Origin: Ptychomitrium polyphyllum
Taxonomy: Eukaryota
Length of the DNA: 64,000 nt
Assembly (NCBI GenBank): GCA_973851085.1
Contig: OZ316776.1
Span: 15,686,001 to 15,750,000 of the forward strand
Reading direction: 5' to 3'
Under the pieces are notes generated by a model. That model was given only the letters and a program-made list of their open reading frames with translations, did no database searches and was not told the DNA's origin. Made by a program: the position numbers and the translations under genes. Positions within the stretch are counted from its first letter, which is position 1, and every line of letters starts with the position of its first letter. Positions 54,903-64,000 of the stretch are shown here, one piece after another.

Positions 54903-57900
54903 CTACCCGAATACTCCTGCAAAGACCAGTAAATAGTTTCAATGTTATCACCAATTTCAATAAAATTACGTAAAATCTTGTTGAAGATGCCAGGTTAACC
55001 AACTGCTGTGACCCGAACTGAGTGGTCCACGGAGCCGGTGAGAAACATGGACGACGTGGGATGCCAATCCACCGACGTTATAGCTGCCGTCTGCTCCAGG
55101 CACTTCTCCGTCATGGATATACCCCACTGCAGTCCACAAGTTCACATGATTCAGATTCTATCAATTTTTAGAAAAACACTTCTGTGAAGTAACCGTACGT
55201 GTGACCATTGTAAGATGTGATATAAAAAATGTGAGGAATGCTGTAAGTACTTGATAAAGAGGTGCTGTGACGGTGTTCGAAGTTAGTAACACATAACGTC
55301 CACTTGAATCAATTGCAAACTCATGTCGAGGCAGAATTCCAGATGCCACAGCGCAGTATCTGGTCAAATGCAAAACCAGAGCACTAGGTTATTATGTAGA
55401 AACTGAAACATTAAATTATTTCAAGCCAACTTGGTCCAAAAGATGGAGAAATTTGAGGAAATAATATTAGGAGAAACTTACGAGCTCGCATTTATTGCAT
55501 GCAGGATTTGACCTTGGTTGTGCAGACTCCATTCAAAGAGCTGCATTACATTTTCATTGATTAGGAAACGTCTACAGTATGCTGCTCCAAGGTTAACTTG
55601 GACTAGAATATAGGGATATGAGCATAATTAGATTATATTTGGTAATCGCAAGGGCAATTCATTATCAAAATCCAAAAAATTAGTCAATCTGCTCAATTGA
55701 AGTTCGTTCATCTGAGATGTCCAATACACCCTTACCTTGCCATCTGCGCCTAAGCTGAATACTCTATTCTGATCATGACCGAATCGAACACATGAAATAG
55801 CACAGCCAGCATGCGCAGGCCACCCTGTTTTGGGTCGGTTTTCTCTCAAATCTGATACATACCACCAGGAGGATCAAACAGAAAGTAATAAGAGTACCAG
55901 TATGGCAGCACAAAAATTACAACTGGATACGCAAGCAAACAACTTCCATTGCAAAAATTTCCTCACTTCGTTTGTTTGTTTTGATAGATAATGAACTATA
56001 CCTAGTGAGTACATAATGAACTTAATCTAGACTCATCATTTTCAAAACTCTTCGATTATTAAGTGCAGTAGAAAATACTTCATGCTGCGTACACATTTGG
56101 TTCTTATTAATAGTTTTAAAATTACCAAATATGCGAATCTTGCCATCTGCTGCACCAGCCGCCAAGATTTTCCCTTCGTCGTTGAAGCATACTGAGGTCA
56201 TCACTGATGGTTCTTGTCCAAGTTGAAGCGAGGTCTGTACACGTGATACAGTCAATCTAAGGCGTGTGGAAGGCTGTCATAAGATGAATAAATCAACTCA
56301 AACGAAACCATAAAATGCTTCAGGCCTCATCTGCTTTGGAATTAAACTTTGAAGAATTTCCCAGGTGTCATACTAGATTTGAGCTCAACATAGTTGGTTT
56401 GGAGGTGCTCACCGTAGCCTTCCAAGTATGCATATTCCAGATGGTAAGCGAGCCATATCCGAGCCCATCCACTCCCTCTCCTGAAGGACTACTACGAATA
56501 CCAAAGACTCACTGAGTGATCCAATAACACATAGGCTGCAAAATGTGATCTGCTGAAATACTATCTGACTGCCAACAAAAACATGAAGAATATGTCTAAA
56601 ACTTAGTCATGCTAAATTCTTGTGATTTAAATATCAACATTCTTGCATGACAATGAGGGACCATAAAACGGAATGAACTGAATAAATATCAAAGTCCCCT
56701 TGAGTAAGGCGTTGAGGGTTCTAGTCTGATTAATAGCTTACACTATCTCCGATGCAGTTGCACAACAGAAGACAGAATCGGTTGGGCTGCACTTTAGATC
56801 CAAAACCCTGTTGATTTTCAAAGAAAACAATCAATCATCAGTGTCAAGAATTCAACATATCTCTTCGTTTGAAAAGGCACGAATTGAGAAACAGACGCTG
56901 CATAAAATTTGAAAGATAAGAAAGGGAAGCAAGGGATTGGACCGTGGAAACATGGCTTCAGTCGTAAGATCACACACAACACGCTTGGCCTCAACGTTCC
57001 AAGCCTTAATATTCCGTTCTGCCGTTCCAAGGAGTAACTGCCACTCCGATAAAGGTGACTGTTAGTTGATGCGAAGCAAAAAGGATTTGTTCCACCCTTG
57101 AAGTAACAAAACTTCAGGAATGCATCAATGAAAAGCTTCAGTATCAATATTGTAGTAATCCAATGTTGTCTTGATTAAGCCTCAGTTGAGAACAATCCGT
57201 AACCAATAAAAACAAAAGCAGCATTAAGCAAGTGATGATCCTATCACTGACCAACCGATCTGTCCTGGGCTCCCACTCCACTGACAAAACTTGTGCACCG
57301 GCACAGATACTCGTATCTTGAGATAATGCCGCTGCAACATCTGGTGACCATATTCTGCAACAATCAATAAAGACATGATTAAGAAATATCAGCTCCAACT
57401 TCTCGTGCTAATTTTTTATCAGAGATTTACAATCAAATTAAATCAATTACAGCCCGTACACTTCCAGCATACAACACAAATTAATAAATAAATAAACTAG
57501 TAGTAAACAGAAAACAGCAAGTAGATGACACTCCACCTTACAGTCCCATCTGCAGACGCACTTGCAATATTTGCTCCCGTTGCTGAATAACGGCACCTTG
57601 TGATTGGGCTGGAATGCCCTGAGAATGTTTCCTAAGCAAACATGCACGAATTTGCAATTGAGTTTCGCAAACTTACTCATTCCACCAATTGCCAAAACAA
57701 CGCTCACTCTGTCACCCTATAAATGATAAAATGGAAACAAAAAGATCACCAATCTCTTCACAGACAATGTCCACATGAAGATTTATCAACGGCCACCTGA
57801 TATTGTACCGCAGCCTGAGAAACTTCGCCTTTCTTTTCCCGGCTATTTGGAGCATCACTTGCTTCTGTACACAATCCAGAAAGACTGATGTCACTAGCAA

Positions 57901-60219
57901 TGTATAAAAACCGAACATCAAACAAGTACAATATGTTGATGTGCAACTGTAACAGTAATCGTAAAGTAACAACAGGGTATTCTGGGGCTAACCACCATCG
58001 ATTCTTTCAGGCTCCGAAATATACGAATAAGCGGACGACGCATTTGAACCCCTACGCGATCCAGGTCGCCGTAATTTCGAAGAACTGATTCTTTCAGGTG
58101 ACCTTCCAGCTTCACCAAAATCCTCAGATGTGAAAACTGGGTTAAACTCTTCTTTAGTAGCAGCTTCATGATCACCTTCGTTCTCTGTTTCAGCGCAAAT
58201 ACAAGCCAGCATCAGAAAAAAAGAGAATCCACATAGGAAAGAGAAGGAGTTTTGATAATCAACCAGAATGAAAGATTCGTCACCGGAAAGACACAGTGCA
58301 ATCGGGTGGCTCACCTCTCCCTTCAATCGAACCTCCGGAGCTTAGAGGGGATTTCGTGTGAGTTGTAAGAGGGTTCACCCTGTAATCAGGAACCACCTTC
58401 TTAAATTTGGGAGAGCCTTGGCGAGTCGAATCTCTACAAAAGAAACCCTGGAATTAGTAAGAAGCTCCCTTGATACCGTCACCAAAGCTCTATTTGAAAA
58501 CGAATTGGAAACCACTATTAACTCGGAAATAAATTCGAATAAAGCTCCACCGTACCTTCTTAGGAAGGTAATCTCACCCTCCTTTCCGTTGAGAACTTCA
58601 CGCATTTGCTGCAGTTCCTTTTCCAATGCCACACACCTACTTTCCTCTGATCCGAGCTTGAGGAGGGTTGGCAACCGTTTTCAACCCCAGGAGTCAAGGA
58701 TGCCCACGTGCAGTGTACACTTCTACTATACGTTGATTTTCAGTTGCATACATGCAGAGGATCAAAGTTCATTTAGCTACTCCTAGAATTACACATTACG
58801 GGCTCTAATCTTCAAAACCAGATCACAAGGAATATGAAACAGCTGACCTCGCAGAAAGCAACAAAGGATTACAACTTTGAAGATTTCACTCAAGGAGCTA
58901 AATGTTTCCAGAAAGGATATTAATTTCTTCGAAGATGTCACGCAAGAACTTCCGTAATGAAAGCTCAAGTGTATCTGGCCACTCCGGTGAGAAATACACT
59001 TGGAAATTGGGATCACTGCCAGGGTTTGACATATACGGAATTGCTGCGCCAAGTAGACAGATGGGAGAAAATTAAAAATATGCCAAACTCTAAATCCATA
59101 CAAACCCAAGCATCAGATGCGTCCATTTAAAGTTTTTAGAGGAAATGGAAGCTCACCGAACCACGCAAGCCAGTCACTGTCACCGGAGCGCAACAAACCC
59201 TCCCCATACTGCTGGAAGAAATCAAACACCCGATCCGTGCGCCCCTTATTGAGGGCATGCACGATGTAGTAGCGCTTCACGGAGCACTCCAGCTGCTTCG
59301 CCGTCTGCTGAAGCCGTGGATCGGCCGAGCCAGCGATCAAGGACTTGAAAAACGCCAGCAGATCAACCAGCTTCTCCGCTTCGAAGCACGGCACATGCAC
59401 CCTAAATATGAGGTCCAGAATTCGACCCACCTGCACATTATTGAAACGTAATCCAAATCATCTCCTCTTCAGGAAAATCATGGCCTATTCGAATTCCCAA
59501 ACATCCACTCCACAAAAAGTCCACCCAAAAACAGATATAGCTCAATTCACAAACTTCTCATGATCTCTGGGCACATTGATGACAGGAAAGTGACCCAACA
59601 CACTAATTCTCCATTAAACTAAACCTACTATTCCAGAACCTCAAATTGCATCATAATCCGATTGCCTAAACATAAACCAGCACAAAGAGGGGGGGCGGGA
59701 ATATGAAACTAAACTAGAAATGCTGCAGGAAAAGGAAAACAAAACATACAAAAACGCAAAAAACTGCAAGAATTCCCTTTGCACAAGACCCCAGCAAAGT
59801 GATCCACATCACTCAAGCGTTGAGTTCAAACAAACGCTACTCTCAACAGCTGAAGCACGTCTAAGGTTGGATTCTTCTGAACCGGACACTACTTGTCCAA
59901 TTACAAGCCAACAACCCCAAACACAACCAACAACACTCAATCCAGCTCTACACACCTTCCCGAACCCTAAACCGTCCCAATCCACAAAACTCAGACTTTT
60001 ACCAACTGGCACGAGCGCTGAACCCGAATGCTTCGCAAACCCGACTAGACTTCCGAAAGATGGGTTAGCTCTGAAGCGCCAACTGACTCAGCTGACCTGG
60101 AAGCCGCTCCCGACATCGCCCTGAAGCTCCGAGTCAAGCGCCTGCAGAGTGTGGGTGAATCCCCGGAACAGCAGAAACTCCCGCACTGCGGCCTCCGCGA
60201 ACTGCATGGGCTGCTCCAT
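54903..60219 (-). CDS. WDR91: WDR91-like WD40-repeat protein, multi-exon
   Basis: MEQPMQFAEAAVREFLLFRGFTHTLQALDSEL, YIVHALNKGRTDRVFDFF..WLAWF|AIPYMSNPGSDPNFQVYFSPEW, a coiled coil, then WD repeats (SEETFSGHSSPITRCRYS, VLSVEWE, AAGAADGKIRIF, NVGGLASHVV region read as VDWHPTSSMFLTGSVDHSVRVT). Stop is TAA 54995-54997 if unspliced, or TAG 54903-54905 via a final intron. Confidence 0.9.
58677..58920 (-). other. U12-type AT-AC intron in the WDR91-like gene
   Basis: 5' site ATATCCTTTC, branch TCCTTGAC about 15 nt before the 3' AC. Splicing restores the frame EEI-R-LPTLLK. Confidence 0.88.
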
Positions 60220-60450
60220 TGTTCATCGCCTCGCTCCTCCTTCCCTCCACAACCTGCAGTCCGTCCCCATCTCTCTCCACCACCTCTCGTGCGCAATTCT
60301 CTTCCTCCCGATGCAGTTCTCTCCCTTTGACAACCGCAACGCCGTCGATTAGCACCCCAGATTCCAACTCCGTTACCTCCAAACCCGGCTTCCATCTACG
60401 CAGAGCGTAGATTCCGAATAAGCGACGCTTGTCGGGAACTGACTGGCGCC

Positions 60451-60837
60451 CACGTGTGTATCACGTCGCCATCTGGGAGATGCAATCTGAGATGCCTAAG
60501 AAGGAACATTCGCTCCGATAATGCTGGTTCGGGGGACGTGATTGGGCGGTATGGCATGTTATCGGGCCAGAATATTCTTCGGTGGTTGTGTTGCGGTTTT
60601 GACGAGCAAATACTTTAGTTCTTGCATTGAAGGGACTTCGGTTTTTTAACTTGGGGGTGCGAGATCATCCTTGAAGGAATGGGATGGTTTCGCCCCGCTT
60701 ACATGTGGACCCTAGTTTTGGGAGTGTGCGGTGTTGATTTGGGTGTGGTGATGTTCACAGCGTCCAGGGCGTGACAGCCCCGTGACAGCTTGCCACGTGT
60801 ACGTGGTGATCTGGCATAATTCTGTAGGTGACGTGGC
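60451..60837. promoter_or_regulatory. Cluster of G-box/ABRE-like ACGTG elements upstream of the WDR91-like gene
   Basis: CACGTG 60451, CACGTC 60462, GACGTG 60535, GCCACGTGTACGTGG 60792-60806, GACGTGGC 60830. Confidence 0.45.
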
Positions 60838-62914
60838 ACGGCCTCGTTGGGTCTGACGATGGAGCCTTTTTCGTGATTTTCTCCAGGGAAGGTCTTGTGG
60901 GAGGTGTAGGTGGCAGAGTCTCACAGGCTCGTTCAAGTGACTGATATTCTAAAGCAGGCCTTAAAGTACATGTTTCTTTTTAAAGTTCTGTGATGCAAAT
61001 GAAAGTAAGTCCTTCCGCAAGCACCAAACACCGTCCCATCCTTGAGATTATCTTCTAGGAATTAGTGCTTTTGGAAATGTCCTATATGAATTATTATTTT
61101 TATGAAACTCCATTGAACACTTGAAACAAATCATATTCTGTGCTAGCTCCCTTTTTGGTCCTATTCTTTAGAGGATAGCCACCTAATGACCTAGAAGACA
61201 GTTTTAGTGATTGTCCTTGTTTACATGAAACTGTTGACATGGAAGAAGAATACCTTTGAAATAATTATGATTACCAACACAGAGCAACTTGGAACACATC
61301 CCTTTCAAATACCAACCTTCCCATGAAGCTTTTGACAACCTCCTAATAGGCAATGTTTTAGAAAATATGAAATTGATTAAGTTGGATGTTGTTTGTATGC
61401 TTGCCTCTATTAAGAACAAGCAAGTGTTTTCTTTGAAATAGGCCAAAAGAGTATTTGCAACTTATTGTATGTATATATGTCCAAAAGATTTCCACTTTAG
61501 AAAAAAAATTGCAATTGTGGTATCTTGTAGTTTAACAAAAGAAAATGGCTAGATATTGTGTCTTAAGTAACTTTTCATACTTTTGCAACACAATTTGTAT
61601 TGTAATATTACAACAATTGAAATAATGAAAGCCAATATGAAAAAAACATGATTTTTGCACTATAGAACTTATTCAAATAATTGTTTTTATTGTATGTTTA
61701 TCCTTTCAATTCAAAAAAAAAAAAATCATATTTAAAAACTTAGAGATTTTTGACATATCAACCTTCAAAAATGTAAGTAATTTATTATCTATCAATACAC
61801 ACATATATTATTATCATTAATTAACAAAGAAAACTCATAAGAATCCATATCTATTACTAACAATTCATGGTCAAATGGAAAAACCAACCTCTACATGTAC
61901 AAAATCTCTTTAAAGACTAGTGCAAAATGTCTCCCAACTAGACTTGGATAGCAGCAATAAAGTGATGATCACCTTGAAAGAGAGTGAAGTACTAGTAGAT
62001 ATGAAAATGGTCATTTATTAATAAAATGCAAAATGAAATAATACACCATCTTAGGGGGCCTCACCATGAGGTCTCAAAATGTAGTCTAATTGAATACTAA
62101 GAATAAGAGGGGAGATCAAAGGTTCAATGCACAACAAAATTTGATCTAATACTATTGTTGTAATAACATTCTAACAAGTAGCTGGTAGTGTTTCTTATCA
62201 ACAAATTAATGTGGAGGCTTGGTTTGCCTCCTTCCTCTAGAAAAAAAATAGAGGAGAATGCATTAGAAGTTATAAGAAAATGCATTAGAAGTTATAAGAA
62301 AATGCATTAGAACCTACATATACTATTCATGAATTGTACACAAAAGCTTGTTCTGAGGTGTTTAGCATCCAGTGCATTTTCTGCTAGTGTTCATCCACAG
62401 GGACGTTGTCATGGCGAAAGGAATGGGTGAAGCTGTGCAACAGGCTGCCATCTGAGATTCCAGTATTCAGGAAGCACTTTCATTCCAGCACAAACTTTTT
62501 GGATGCAAACTGTGTGTGCCTAGCCTCACGTCCTAGGCTCCGTTTTGCAATACTAGCCTGTCACAGACAAGAGCTTTTGTCACCTGTCTCTAGTCTGAGA
62601 ATGAGTACTATCTGCCTGACCTTCTCGTTTGTTTTTTCCTGCCGTTCTGTTGCTAGCGCAGGACGACGGTTAGCATGTGGTGCTCATGTCCACTGCACTT
62701 CACTGATGGTGTTTTCACGTTCTGTACCAAGGTTGGTCCTGGTCTGCCAGAGGAATCTAAAACTTGGCTGACTTTCAGTTTCCCCGGTCAGACTGCCAAG
62801 AGGTTGAAACATGATAAATGAGAGGTTTATTGTCAGTTTACAAGATTAACATATTTATCTCCGAAGTTACCTCAGAGTATGATATGTGATGCGTTTCTCA
62901 GAACAGCTGGCGTT

Positions 62915-64000
62915 TCAACTTGAAAAATACTCTCTTATCATCACTCTTAAACGGGGTCCTATTTTCTCACTTAGCTTGATGAAAACAAAGAACAGGGTTC
63001 TGTAGATGGCTATCATAGCAATTATGATACCGAAATCTCCCCACTTTCCTCTACTGGTTTTGATCCCATAGATCTGCTCCAGCACATATCTCCCAGTGAT
63101 GTCTGCTCCAATTGGTTTGCCGTCCACTCCCAAGAAGTTCTGGAACATGAGACCTGGGATGTCATTCTTGAACAGCCCCTGCAACTTAATTAGCATTAGT
63201 ACATGTGAATCAAATCGTCATTGAAATCCATGGGCCTTCGAACACGTCAGACGTACAGTATAACTCAGTTGAACGTGAGTATGGTCTATGTTGACTCACC
63301 TGAATTGCGTAAGTGTGAAAAGCAATGTATGACACTGGGTACCTCCAAACAGGCTTTGGCACATCCTTAGTCAACCGGAAGTAACCCGCCACCAGCATGT
63401 ATATTGCCTGCTCGCATTCAATGTAGCAAATCAACGTAGCACAATATGAAAGAAGAATTTCGTCTATGAAAGTTTCATCATTGCAACAGCTGCTCTTCGA
63501 CACCCTAACAAAGATGTGAGGTGAATAGCTAATAAAGTTCACTAGCTTTCCATATCAAAATCTAGGTTATGCTCTTAAGATCCATGTTTTCAGCTCCAGA
63601 ATTCGACTAAAACGTAATCCAAAAAATAAAAGACGGCATTTCAAAGGTTGGTGAGCTATTATTGTGGCTGTCACGTACTTGGATTCCTGCACCAATGACA
63701 ATGCCGGCGAGGAAATTTCGGCCGACAACGCTTGATACAGTCATCATCAGGCTCTCCACACATGTTAAGGCTGCAAAGAGTGTGAGGATGAAATAGGCAT
63801 AGTGGCCAAACCCAGTATGCAACTTCACCATGAAGTACACAAGGGAACCTGACGACAATGCAATCAGGAACAGGAATGGAAGTGATGATAATGTGTTGCC
63901 AACCACAAAGGCAGCCACGCCGTAGTGCCCATTCAGTCGCTCATGATGGAATACCCTCATATCTTCTACAAAAGATGGGAATCCGCCAATGGCCATGAAC
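62915..64000 (-). CDS. ABCG (WBC-type) half transporter, 3' transmembrane exons; 5' part outside the window
   Basis: FMAIGGFPSFVEDMRVFHHERLNGHYGV, NFLAGIVIGAGIQ|AIYMLVAGYFRLTKDVPKPVWRYPVSYIAFHTYAIQ|GLFKND..YRTLFF (ABCG11/15-like). First stop TGA 62915-62917. Confidence 0.92.

Noticed and set aside
62406..62771. 121-aa plus-strand ORF
   Set aside because: TTG start. Best explained as the antisense shadow of the decayed ABCG tail.

Overview
Eukaryotic, intron-rich, moss-like nuclear DNA. The organism is inferred from a miR533-like cluster, a plastid-type MurB and decayed Ty3/gypsy pol. Ten protein-coding genes are supported: a SAC/FIG4-type phosphoinositide phosphatase (partial, -), a RING-CH membrane E3 ligase (-), a WD40 protein (+), a secreted spherulin-4/GH135-like protein (+), BUD32 kinase (-) head-to-head with MurB (+), a trihelix Myb/SANT protein (+), a Pro-rich XTH (-), a WDR91-like protein (-) and the 3' part of an ABCG half transporter (-). 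The window also holds three miR533-like hairpins, a decayed gypsy element and a 51-bp minisatellite. The most striking feature is that the trihelix DNA-binding domain splices in frame, through a 25-nt micro-exon, to a microbial-type MetX-like alpha/beta hydrolase. Other points of interest are an AT-AC (U12) intron and an ABCG tail interrupted only by TGA codons. All calls come from reading the sequence and recalling families; no searches were run, and exon boundaries are manual.
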